A stretch of DNA of 16,066 nt, from assembly GCF_006345805.1 (NCBI RefSeq), contig NW_021825278.1, positions 1 through 16,066 of the forward strand, read 5' to 3'. The stretch's first letter is position 1. Each line of letters opens with the position of its first letter. A model generated the notes under the pieces. It had not been told where the DNA came from. It searched no databases and saw only the letters and a program-made list of their open reading frames with translations. The translations under genes and the position numbers were made by a program. Of the stretch, positions 1-10,502 are shown one piece after another. Origin of the DNA: Octopus sinensis. Lineage: Eukaryota.

Positions 1-17
1 GTTTCCGTTTGGATTAA

Positions 18-27
18 AATATATATA

Positions 28-75
<48 letters not shown>

Positions 76-115
76 GCACCGAATATATATATATACACAT
101 ATACATATATATGTA
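18..115. repeat. (TA)n microsatellite, partly interrupted
   Basis: Long ATATAT run visible at 20-72 and 83-115. Confidence 0.95.
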
Positions 116-204
116 ATATTTATCTAGTATGCATGCATGTACATACATACACATATACACACTTTCGGTTAGTCTTTAACCTAATTAGATCCAGTTTCTA
201 TCAT

Positions 205-258
205 CTTTCTTTTCCTTCCTTCCTTCCTTCTTTCCTTTCTTTCTTTCAACTTCTCTCT

Positions 259-289
<31 letters not shown>

Positions 290-290
290 C
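205..290. repeat. Compound (TTCC)n/(TC)n/(TA)n simple repeat
   Basis: ttccttccttcc, tctctctc and tatatata tracts in succession. Confidence 0.9.
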
Positions 291-429
291 TGTCTTTCTC
301 ACTCTCTCACTCTGTCTGTTTCATCCCTCAGTTTCATTCCCTTCGTTAGAAAAATAAAATTAAACATGTAAAAATTATCTTTAATAACTGCCCACTTTTA
401 ATTGTTGTTGTTACAGCTGTTGCTTTTGT

Positions 430-830
430 TGTTGTAGTTGTTTTTGTTTACGTTCTTGTTATTGCTGCTGCTGCTCGTTTGTTTGTTTGTTTGTTTGTTT
501 GTTGAGCGAAGCGGTCTTCGTCCCAGAATGGGAGAAGTCCGAAACGTGGTCCTTTGCTATTCGTAAGACCCGCAGAAGAGAAAGCAGGTCAACCCCCGAC
601 ACCGAGAGCATCGACGGATGGATGAATGCGCATCCAGGCTCAGCGGTTGCGTAGGAAGTCGGGGACAAGAGACAGGAAGAAAGAGCGAGAGAAAGTTGGG
701 GCGGAAGAGTACAACAGGGGTCGCCACCACCCCCTGCCGGAGACTCGTGGAGCCTTTAGGTATTTTCGCTCATGCTGTTGCTGCTGCTGCTGTTTCACCT
801 TTGACTTACTGACACCGTACTGACTCCTGA
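430..830 (-). mobile_element. Probable retroelement 3' segment with (AAAC)n/(CAA)n-type tail (unclassified)
   Basis: GC-richer block that on the minus strand follows the RT fragment and ends in AAAC/GCA/CAA microsatellites, as LINE/SINE 3' tails do. The motif aaaggctccacgag...gggggtggtgg resembles an octopus interspersed repeat as I recall it; not verified. Confidence 0.35.
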
Positions 831-831
831 A

Positions 832-964
832 ACCCATCTTAAATTCCTCTGTTATTGCCTGCAAGAAAGACCATGATGAACAAGAGGGGGCTGTGGACTG
901 ATACTTGCTGAAACCCTACTTACACACTGAAATCGTTGCCATATTCGTTGCCAGTTCTCATTGA
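832..964 (-). mobile_element. Decayed non-LTR retrotransposon (RTE-like) reverse transcriptase fragment
   Basis: Minus strand reads SMRTGNEYGNDFSV*VGFQQVSVHSPLLFIMV/LQAITEEFKMG, with one stop and one frameshift. This matches the RT motif region ...F.V.VGVHQGSVLSPLLFI.V.. just upstream of YADD. Confidence 0.75.
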
Positions 965-1028
965 TATTTCTTTTTACTTTCATCCTTAACATAAGACTTT
1001 ATCTTATATATAACACCCTATTTTTATA

Positions 1029-1315
1029 GGCGTAGGAGTGGCTGTGTGGTAAGAAGCTTGCTTCCCAACCACATGGCTCCAGCTTCAGTCCCAGGTTCAG
1101 TCCCACTGCACGATGCTTTGGGCAAGTGTCTTCTACTATAGCTTCAGTCCAACCAATATGTGTGCGAGTGTGCCTTTGTGTCTATGTTTGTCCCCTACCA
1201 CAACTTGACGGCCGGTATGTTTAAGTCCCTGTAACCTTGCGCTTCGGCAAAAGAGACCGATAGAATTAGTGCCAGGCTTGAACAAAAACAAGTCCTGGGT
1301 CGATTCAAATTACTA
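1029..1315 (+). mobile_element. tRNA-derived SINE, type A (octopus-type), internally deleted copy
   Basis: A-box TGGCTGTGTGG (1039-1049), B-box GGTTCAGTCCC (1094-1104) and CORE-like ttgggcaagtgtctt. The body matches copies at 9879-10143, 10793-11007 and 13363-13850 in this window. Confidence 0.85.
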
Positions 1316-1380
1316 ATAACTGATACAAATAAGAGATACAATCTATTTTTCTCTATATCCCATTAATCTTGCAGTGTTTC

Positions 1381-1510
1381 AATCAAACACATTGATCCCA
1401 GTCGTCATTTCTCTTTAACTGGCACTTAATCTATGGAACACTTCCGCCGAACCGCTAAGTTACATGGACGCAAACAAAGCCACACTGGTTGTCAAGCAAT
1501 GGTGGTGATG
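1381..1510 (-). mobile_element. SINE type A 3'-half fragment
   Basis: ccgaaccgctaagttac...ggttgtcaagc matches the minus-strand copy at 13485-13535. Confidence 0.75.
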
Positions 1511-1693
1511 AAGATAGATTTAGAGAAATATAGGAGGTTGAGGATTTTTTTCTGTTTGGCTACAATTTTTGAAATGTTAAAATAAAAATGGAGTTTTTCA
1601 AAGTTGGTGTATCGATGTAATTTTTCACGCCGAATCTCAGGGCCTAAGTCACTTGTTCCAGAAACATTAAGAAAAAAAAAACTTTGATAAATT

Positions 1694-2322
1694 TTACTCA
1701 ATCAGAAAACAGGATTTGGAAGATGTCATTTTGTTGCGAGATTGCAATCATAAGACGACGAAACAATACAGTCAACATTGCGATGATACCACGTGTTTTA
1801 AGCAATTAATAAGCAGAAAACAACTAAAAACAACAACAACAAAACGTGTAAACAATACGTATTTTGTAGTTTTAAGTATTCAATAAGCATTTAATACGAA
1901 AAAAATGAGTAAACAAGTCATTGTGCACTTTTAAGAGCAGAAAAAAAAAAACTAAATAAAGGAAGTATTTCGTAAACACGCGGTTTTCATTCTTTTGTAA
2001 ACACACGTGATATATACAGGTGAGTTCCCAACACTTGATTTGTTACCATGGAAGCAGGTATATGTATGTCTGTAGCTTTCGATTGGCTAAAATGACCCAA
2101 AAGTTGAAAACTTCAAAAGCTATTAAGTATTTGTGTATTGATTTGTGGCCAAAATGATTTTCATGTCAATAAGGAGCATGCAAAACTACATCAACACATC
2201 AAATATGAAATCAGTTGGAACAGAATTTAAGAAACTGAAAAGTGACATTGAAACAAAAGATCCGAGGTTGATTGACTTTGAAATAGCTTAACTGGAAATC
2301 TTTGTTGCTGATATTTGAGTAA
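1694..2322. mobile_element. Possible old MITE / non-autonomous DNA transposon
   Basis: Imperfect inverted ends: TTACTCAA---TCAGAAAACAGGATTT (from 1694) versus the reverse complement of 2296-2322, TTACTCAAATATCAGCAACAAAGATTT. No coding capacity and no TSD identified. Confidence 0.3.
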
Positions 2323-2324
2323 GG

Positions 2325-2465
<141 letters not shown>

Positions 2466-2686
2466 CACGCTGATTGGAATACATTAACCTTGGAAGCGAA
2501 AAAAGTAAAAGATGGGATGATCACGGCTGCTGCCCCTCCATCATATCTCAACTCTTTGAAAGCTAATAAACAACAACAACAACGGCAACAACTCATTTCG
2601 CGACCAGCAAGGGAGAGAATTACAAAACTCGAATTCATTAAAAAAAACTGAATGGAAACGTGAAACCTGATCTTTGTCAAATAAGA

Positions 2687-2694
<8 letters not shown>

Positions 2695-2755
<61 letters not shown>
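2695..2755. repeat. (GA)n microsatellite
   Basis: Direct inspection. Confidence 0.97.
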
Positions 2756-2758
<3 letters not shown>

Positions 2759-2934
2759 GAATGTGGGATGTTGAATAAACCGATTGAAAGCTCGCGGAAG
2801 GAAGACAAAGCGAGAACTTTTATGTTGAGATTCTGAGAACAATTCAGAACATTCCAGAGATTCTCAACTTTTTTTTTGTAAAGACAAGAGGTTCATTCAT
2901 TGTAAGCATTCGAGCATGAATACGTCCATACATT

Positions 2935-3147
2935 CACGCGCGCACACACACACGCACACGTGCGCTCACGCACATACATACGCACACACATACACACACA
3001 CACACGCGCAGACATAAAAAAATGAAGACGTGTACTGACAAATATACAGTGACACATATATATATATATATATACACACTTCCATTTACATATATATACC
3101 CACATTCATTCATATATGTATGTGTGTGTGCATGTGTGTGTGTGTGT
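2935..3147. repeat. Compound (CA)n/(TA)n/(TG)n simple repeats
   Basis: Direct inspection. Confidence 0.85.
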
Positions 3148-3848
3148 AAAGGTAAGATCCGAGGATCCAGGTGTAGAAAGTTAGTAAGCTTCGAGAAGTC
3201 TGTAAAAGGTGTAAAAAGTAACTTTCAGGAACAATAGCGTTTTATTGACGGAGAAGGTTATACATTTTTCCCATATCGAAGTTCGATAAGACGAAAAAAG
3301 GGATTTCATAGTTCACGGTTGGCAACTAGAATTGCTGCGTGCGCAAATAAAAATCCAAATTTAGGGAATGGAGGAGGCAAAATCCAGGTTACCTATGTTT
3401 ACTTCAGGACCCCGGAAGTAGTAATTACTCAAACGACGGGTAATCTGCTAGCTAAACGTCAGGCTAAAGATACCTGAGACAAATGAAGGTTACATTGTTG
3501 TTAAGGGAGCCCTCGTTCGAGTAATTTCTACTTCTGAGATTCTTCTGGCTATGAACCGTACGCAGCCTGGATTCTATCTGTTCCGTTCCTAATTTTGGAT
3601 TAGGATCTTTGTGGTTTTCGCGTCAATGTTTACAATTTTCCTCCAATTGTCTTCAAATTTGATATATGGATTAGGTTTTGTATTCTGATGATGAAACGAA
3701 AATTCGTTTTTCCTATAAATCTATAATTAAAAAGTTATTAGCCTTTAAAATTTACAAAATTTGGGTATTTTACATATCAGAAGCGAGTATTTTACATATC
3801 ACCGTGGCGAAAATTTCTATTCTCATAGTAACCAAAGCAAATAAGCAC

Positions 3849-4040
3849 CACGTGTTGCATAGCTGATTGTGAAGAACTGTTTCCATAGCAACTAAAGATG
3901 CTGCGCATGCGCACAAGAGGGAGAAGGAGATACTAAAAAGATAATTTATTTTATAAAATCCTAGTTTAATGTTTTGAAATGCCGATGTCCACCACCCCCT
4001 GATGATGGAAGTGGCAGCGAACGTACTGTTTTCTGATTGG
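3849..4040. promoter_or_regulatory. Cluster of TF-like motifs: E-box, RFX X-box, NRF1 palindrome, reverse CCAAT
   Basis: CACGTG 3849-3854, GTTTCCATAGCAAC 3879-3892, TGCGCATGCGCA 3902-3913 and ATTGG 4036-4040. Motif matches only; no functional evidence. Confidence 0.35.
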
Positions 4041-4299
4041 CTGAAAATTCTGAAAATGACCAAACTTTGAATACATACAACATTTTTGCAACATTTTTTC
4101 TAGAATAAATGAAAAAGAAATTTGGATTTATCATCAAAAGTTACATCAATATATTGGGTTGACAACTAAGTTGGATCAATTTTTCGAGCATCGTTAAAAG
4201 CAGTTTCATCCAATGACCTCGAGAGAGATGAACTTCCTGTGTTAGAAGCATATTCTCAAGAAAATAGGGCGAGTTATTTGACTCTTTATTAGTGTAGAA

Positions 4300-4485
4300 C
4301 AGTGATTTCCAACCTATGTTATGCCCCGCACCCCTAAAAACTTTTAATATGTTCTCGCACCCCTTACAGTAGAACTCTATATAAGAATAAAGATGCCCGG
4401 GGCAACTGCCCCCTTCCCCCCTATGAATCCAGTCATGCTCGCACCCCCTGAAATGTTATCTCACACTCCTGGTTGGGGAATATTA
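4300..4485. mobile_element. hAT/Charlie-like MITE remnant
   Basis: Left end CAGTGATTTCCAACC (4300) is typical of hAT TIRs. The right end GGTTGGGGAATATT (4471-4484) is a degenerate complement. Internal CGCACCCC occurs three times. Confidence 0.45.
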
Positions 4486-4514
4486 AAGATATGTATGTGT
4501 GGAATATTAAGCTT

Positions 4515-4693
4515 TCACTTGGCTTGCGATAAAGTGTTCGATCTCAAATCTTGATCGATATCTAAAAAGTTCGTGACAACTGTCAATTTTAAGCCCATTC
4601 TTTGGAGGAATACAACAGCATTCTTGTCAAGGCCGTTGAGTTCATGCTCATTCATGTTACGAGTGACTATTAGGCCCTCGTCTTTGTATGGAC
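4515..4693 (-). CDS. Candidate coding exon (possibly terminal) of an unidentified host gene
   Basis: Acceptor ...tttcctcatccgtgtgcag|GT, then a stop-free, non-repetitive, protein-like frame (G)PYKDEGLIVTRNMNEHELNGLDKNAVVFLQRMGLKLTVVTNFLDIDQDLRSNTLSQAK*. AATAAA lies on the minus strand at 4285-4290. I do not recognise the protein. Confidence 0.4.
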
Positions 4694-4742
4694 CTGCACA
4701 CGGATGAGGAAATTCAATAGGTAAATGGTGCAAAATCTAGAC

Positions 4743-5752
4743 ACATCCATCCATACATACATCAATACATGCATACATACATACACGCATACATACATAT
4801 ATGCATACATGCTTGCATACATACATACATGCATACATACATACATACATACATACATACATACAGACAGACAGACAGACATGCTTGCATGCATACATAC
4901 ATACGTACACACATACATACAAACTTACATACATACATACACACATACATACAAACTTACATACATACATACACACATATACATACATACATACATACAT
5001 ACATACATACATACATACATACATACACACATACATACATACACACATACATACACACACACATACATACATACATACATACACACATACATACATACAC
5101 ACATACTTACAAACAAACATACATACATACATACATACAGACAGACAGAGAGACAGACAGACATGCTTGCATGCATACATACATACGTACACACATACAT
5201 ACAACCTTACATACATACGTACACACATACATACAAACTTACATACATACATACACACAACATACATACATACATACATACATACATACATACACACATA
5301 CATACATACATACACACATATATACACACATACATACACACACACATACATACATACATACATACATACATACACACATACATACATACACACATACTTA
5401 CAAACAAACATACATACATACATACATACATACATACAGACAGACAGACAGACAGACATGCTTGCATGCATACATACATACTTACACACATACATACAAA
5501 CTTACATACACACATACACACATACATACAAACTTACATACATACACACATACATACATACATACATACATACATACATACATACATACACACATACATA
5601 CATACATACACACATACATACATACACACATACATACACACACACACATACATACATACATACATACACACATACATACATACACACATACTTACAAACA
5701 AACATACATACTTACATACATACATACATACATACATACACACATACATATC
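4743..5752. repeat. About 1-kb (TACA)n/(CA)n array with a ~290-bp higher-order unit x3
   Basis: Landmarks recur: CATGCTTGCATG at 4880, 5162, 5457 and CTTACAAACAAAC at 5106, 5397, 5691. Confidence 0.95.
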
Positions 5753-5854
5753 TTTATATATATTATTTCTACTTTCATTCTCTTTTCTTTCCCTCCATAT
5801 TCCCCATCTCCTCCCTTTCCACACTAATTCGAACTCAAAACATTTTCTCACATC

Positions 5855-5902
5855 GTCTCTGATGAAGGGATATCCATAATATCCCAGAAACAGCTGTAAG
5901 AC
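5855..5902 (+). ncRNA. Minimal type I hammerhead ribozyme motif (Penelope-like-element type)
   Basis: GTCT-CTGATGA-A-GGGATAT-ccata-ATATCCC-A-GAAA-CAGCTG-TA-AGAC. Helix I is GTCT/AGAC, the core CUGAUGA/GAAA is intact, helix II has 7 bp, helix III is the palindrome ACAGCTGT, and the predicted cleavage triplet is GUA (after 5898). Confidence 0.7.
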
Positions 5903-5949
5903 TAATCCATTATAAATGGCGTGAAAACACTCCTTGGCTTTGTTGTTTC

Positions 5950-6012
5950 AAATATATATATATATATATATTTACATATATATACATATTTATATATATA
6001 TATATATATACA
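5950..6012. repeat. (TA)n microsatellite
   Basis: Direct inspection. Confidence 0.9.
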
Positions 6013-6448
6013 AACTTACATGCATGCAAGCATAACCACCCAGCGAACATCCACCATGGGTCATCACATTTGCTTAAGGTAAAAATGAATTCCTCGCTCT
6101 TTCGGAAACATCAATCTTCTGTATTGACCGCTTTCCACCACTTTGATCTGTTTTTTTGTATTGAATACGTATCGCCACCGTGGGCCACTGCATCGAACAC
6201 CTTGAACATATACTTCAAACTATATATCAACTATACATGAACTATATATGAACTATACGAACTCTAAGATGTCTGACTCCGTTGTGTATTATAAATGAAT
6301 TTCTTGTGTTTGACGGCATGAGCTGTCTCTTTTTATATATAACTTTTTTGATAAGTTATTTCAGGAACTGAAACATGTTATAATGTATATATAAAAATTA
6401 AAAATTGTATAATACAGCAGCATTTTCGAACTTCATTTTTTACAACTA

Positions 6449-6472
6449 TATAATATATATATATATATATAT

Positions 6473-6508
<36 letters not shown>

Positions 6509-6750
6509 TTAATATATATATATTATAAATAATATATATATATATATATTATATCTATATATATATATATGTATAATATATACAAGCATGTATATATATA
6601 TGTATATATAGATGTATGTATAATATATATTATATATATATATAATTATATATATATATGATATATATATATAAATAACATACATACATAACACACATAC
6701 ATATACAAACATACTTACATACACACATACACACATATATGAATATGTAT
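6449..6750. repeat. Degenerate (TA)n / (TACA)n low-complexity tract
   Basis: About 300 bp almost entirely of TA dinucleotides with interruptions. Confidence 0.9.
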
Positions 6751-7054
6751 AAAAAACAAATATACAAATAATATGCAGGCCAATTCCTTGCAATATCAAT
6801 CAATCGCCCACAAGGTCACGTGATTGATATACCTACTAATGACGTCGATAGATTGATTGATTGATTAATCGTTTAAGCGATTAATTAAGTAATTAACTAC
6901 TTGGGTTGCATTTAACCATAATGATGAAAAGAGGTGAAATCGAATTACCGTGTCTGTTGTTTTTGTTGTTAAAAGAACCCACCCAACATAACAATAAACC
7001 CTTTCATCACATCATTTCACATCAATCATCGTGCAATACGAATACGGAAACGTT

Positions 7055-7186
7055 GTGTGTCTGTCTGTCTGTGTGAGCGTATGTGTGCGTGAGAGGGCGT
7101 GTGTTTGGGCGTGTCTGCGTATGAATGTGTGTGTCTGTGCGCGCGTGTGTGTATTTGTGTGCTTGTGTGTGTGTGTGTGTGTGTGC

Positions 7187-7234
<48 letters not shown>

Positions 7235-7250
7235 GTGTGTGTGTACGTGT
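7055..7250. repeat. (TG)n microsatellite with CG interruptions
   Basis: Direct inspection. Confidence 0.92.
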
Positions 7251-7334
7251 GAAAATACAAGGAAACTGCTTTTAACACCTTGCCTCATTGGTAAAAACAA
7301 GTGTCCAACACATCTTCTTTTAAAGACAGTAGTT

Positions 7335-7545
7335 TATGATTAGGAGTTTTGGTTGTTATTTCTAGCAGTTCGAACCACGGTTAAGAGGTTCCTTCTATTC
7401 AATTCAAATCAAAACCATTCCAACTGTGACCAACACATCAATTCAAGGATTATGTATGACTACTACATTATCTAATGCGCCTTTGATCTACTTAACACGT
7501 TAGGTATGACTTGAGAGAAAATTGACTGCTATTTCTAGCAGGTGA
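7335..7545 (-). mobile_element. Degenerate interspersed repeat (ctagaaatagcag-type)
   Basis: TATTTCTAGCAG occurs twice (about 7358 and 7530). An opposite-orientation relative (gcgagaaataacagc) lies at 11760-11850. Confidence 0.35.
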
Positions 7546-7564
7546 ATTCTTAACTTCTTACATT

Positions 7565-7700
7565 CAGGCGCGTGGCCTAGGGAGAAGGGATTTTGGGCCC
7601 ACAATCTAACTGTCAAGAATTCAATTCCTGAATCGAGAGGTGCGTAGTGTCGTTGATGAAGACATTTTATTTCACTTTGTTCCAATCTGCTGAGCCACGA
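7565..7700 (+). mobile_element. Degenerate SINE type B/C head fragment
   Basis: ggcgcgtggcctag...aattcaattcc...aagacattttatttcac aligns by eye to the head of the 8746 and 11172-11420 copies. Confidence 0.55.
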
Positions 7701-7838
7701 ATAAAAGCCAGCCGATTGCCGGCGCAGCTCTCGTTTTCTCTCTCTCTCTCTCTCTCACTCACTCCCTCACTCTCCCCCTCTCTCTATTTATCTCTATCTC
7801 CTTGCAGCTATCATATTCTGAATGCCTTGCTGGGCCAA

Positions 7839-8185
<347 letters not shown>

Positions 8186-8745
8186 TAAAACAATTAACCG
8201 ACGCATGGTAAACTTTAACAAAGACATACTCGTTCGCGGTTGACAGTTGACTCGTATTTTCCTTTTTGGTGTAAATCTCGAAGAGAAATCTTCCGCAGTC
8301 AGAGAACATCTCGGAGTGTTAAGTACGTAAGACGGAGGAAAGTTTAACCTTCGTACCCGCTTCATTATATAAAAACTCGCCATAAACCTACCCGCCCTCC
8401 CCAACCTTGCTCTTAAATACCTATACCGAAGACGTATTTATATTGTATCATCTCAAGTATTCTTCTCATAGGCAATGCCAATTCATCATATAACTTAGCT
8501 CACCTTCCAAGTGTACTAAAACTGCAAGTAGTAAACAGCGCATAATTAACGGTCTCTACAGCCAGGCGGACAGACAGGCAGACAAGCCAACATGCACACA
8601 CACACACACAGATTCATGCATACATATACGCACACACATATATATATGAACACGCATCAATACATACGTACGTATAAGAAATGTCTGCTTTTAAATATGG
8701 TTATATATGTGTGTGTGGGTGCGTGTGTGCACATAAACGGTGAAA

Positions 8746-9050
8746 GGCGCGTGACATAGTGGTTAGGAGTATTCGGCTCTCGATCGTGAGGTTGTGAGTT
8801 CGATTACCGGTAGCGAATACTGACCTTGAACAAGACACTTTATTTCACGTTGGTCCAGTTCATTCAGCTGGAAAAAAAACGAGTTGTGTCTGTAATTCAA
8901 AGGGCCAGCCTTGTCCTATTCTGTGTCGCACTGAATCTTCCTGAAAACTATGTCATGGGTATGTATGCCTGTGGAGTACTCAGCCACTTGCACGTTAATT
9001 TCCCGATCGGCCCAGTTTGAACCCTTATCGTTATAACCGACGGGTTGCCA
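8746..9050 (+). mobile_element. tRNA-derived SINE type B, near full length
   Basis: A-box-like gtgacatagtggtt, B-box GAGTTCGATTACC and ccttgaacaagacactt. The body matches the reverse complement of 11861-12130. Confidence 0.85.
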
Positions 9051-9111
9051 ATTAACAAACGGTCCACTTTTAAACTGAAAAAATCTTTCAATCCTTTACA
9101 GTTGAAAAAGT

Positions 9112-9113
<2 letters not shown>

Positions 9114-9147
<34 letters not shown>
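9114..9147. repeat. (TA)n microsatellite
   Basis: Direct inspection. Confidence 0.95.
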
Positions 9148-9151
<4 letters not shown>

Positions 9152-9349
9152 GTTTTTGTCAGAGTTGACAGTGACTTCGAAGTTTCAGTTATGTGGTGTT
9201 CATTGGACGCTGATAAAGGACACATGGACCAAACTTCGAAGAAACTGCAAACCTTTTCTTTCCAAATATTATAGGCACACATACATGCCTATGCATACAC
9301 AAGCGTATGTTGATATGTGAATGTTTGTGGTTATATCCATATCCATCTC

Positions 9350-9369
9350 TCTCTCCCTATATATATATG

Positions 9370-9418
<49 letters not shown>

Positions 9419-9433
9419 TGTGTGTTGTGTGTG

Positions 9434-9476
<43 letters not shown>

Positions 9477-9490
9477 GTGTTGTGTGTGTT
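9350..9490. repeat. (TA)n + (TG)n compound microsatellite
   Basis: Direct inspection. Confidence 0.93.
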
Positions 9491-9878
9491 TTAGTTAAAT
9501 CTGGCGTGCGGTTTAGTAAATTGTATTCAAGACAAATTCTACTGAAGAGCTACAGATATATTGTGTAAGTAAAATTGCATAATACATTAATAGCGAAACA
9601 ATTGTCTAGAATTAATCTACATTTTTGTTATTTTTCATTTGTCCTGCTCGTTTACGTTCATAGTTGTGCTAATTCTCCTTGGAAACAATTCTTGGTGGTT
9701 GAGACCGTAGCGAATCTATTTTTAGCGAAAGAGTCGACCACATAGTGGACACTCTCTTATATTGGTGTATTAATTTTTACTGTATCCCTGGTTTTTATGC
9801 GCTAAACCACTTGGTGTTAAATTGATGGTATTATTAAATTAATATCCAATTTTTTCACCCTTATTTTTGCGTCGGATT

Positions 9879-10143
9879 CTTTTGCCGAACTGCTAAGTTA
9901 CGGAGACGTAAACACACCAACATCAGTTGTCAAGAGATGGTGGGGGTGGGGGACAAAATCAGACAGACACACACACAAATATATACATATATATACGTCG
10001 GGCTTCTTTCAGTTTCCGTCTACCAAATCCACTCACAAGGCTTTGGTTGGCAAGACACTTGCCCAAGGTGCCACGCAGTGGGACTGAAGCCGAAACCATG
10101 TGGTTGGGAAGCAAGATTCTTACCACACAGCCACTCCTGCGCC
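9879..10143 (-). mobile_element. SINE type A, 3'-truncated
   Basis: Ends in accacacagccactcctgcgcct, the reverse complement of the 1029 head; the central part matches 13480-13850. Confidence 0.88.
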
Positions 10144-10355
10144 TATATATAAATGGACGTACGGATGAATGTATGTATACGTGTAGATACGTGCGTGTGT
10201 ACTTGTATATATATACACAAATTTTCTTAACTTTATTTACAACTTATAAATGTATCCGACAGCCTTACCTTATTTATACTGAAATTTCCTCTATCATCTC
10301 TGTTTAATTTATTCATTTACTACTATAATTCTATTTTCCTACTCTACCTTACCTC

Positions 10356-10391
10356 CAACCAACCAACCAACCAACCAACCAACCAACCAAC
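10356..10391. repeat. (CCAA)n microsatellite
   Basis: Direct inspection. Confidence 0.95.
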
Positions 10392-10502
10392 TTGCAAACT
10401 CCTCGCCAGAACACATAAAAATACAAATCATAATTAGTGTCATTCAATCTGCTTTGATGTATCTGTAAACAAACAAATAAAACATCTAAGGATATATTTT
10501 TT

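Noticed and set aside
810-858. Apparent 49-nt minus-strand exon with good cag| and |gtaagt sites (AITEEFKMGFRSQYGV)
   Set aside because: The peptide continues upstream through the supposed intron as LINE RT sequence (SPLLFIMV-LQAITEEFK), so the splice signals are coincidental, although exonisation cannot be excluded.
1029-1110. tRNA genes at SINE heads (also 8746, 10060-10143, 11340-11420)
   Set aside because: A/B boxes are present, but there is no full cloverleaf and each continues into a SINE body.
2489-2562. Possible 74-nt minus exon ([24 protein letters not shown])
   Set aside because: Weak donor (gttaat), short, unrecognised peptide and no phase-consistent partner exon.
3677-3705. CTGATGA-T-GAAACGAAAATTCGTTT hammerhead-like text
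   Set aside because: There is no helix II and the helix I flanks do not pair.
4725-5879. Long 250-384 aa ORFs (HTYI/MYVC repeats), also at 14229-15312, 7012-7343, 12438-12942 and elsewhere
   Set aside because: These are stop-free translations of TACA/CA/TG microsatellites, open on both strands, with no coding signature.
6046-6225. About 50-codon minus frame (KYMFKVFDAVAHGGDTYSIQKKQIKVVESGQYRRLMFPKERGIHFYLKQM)
   Set aside because: No convincing splice acceptor and no recognisable family; the length is compatible with chance.
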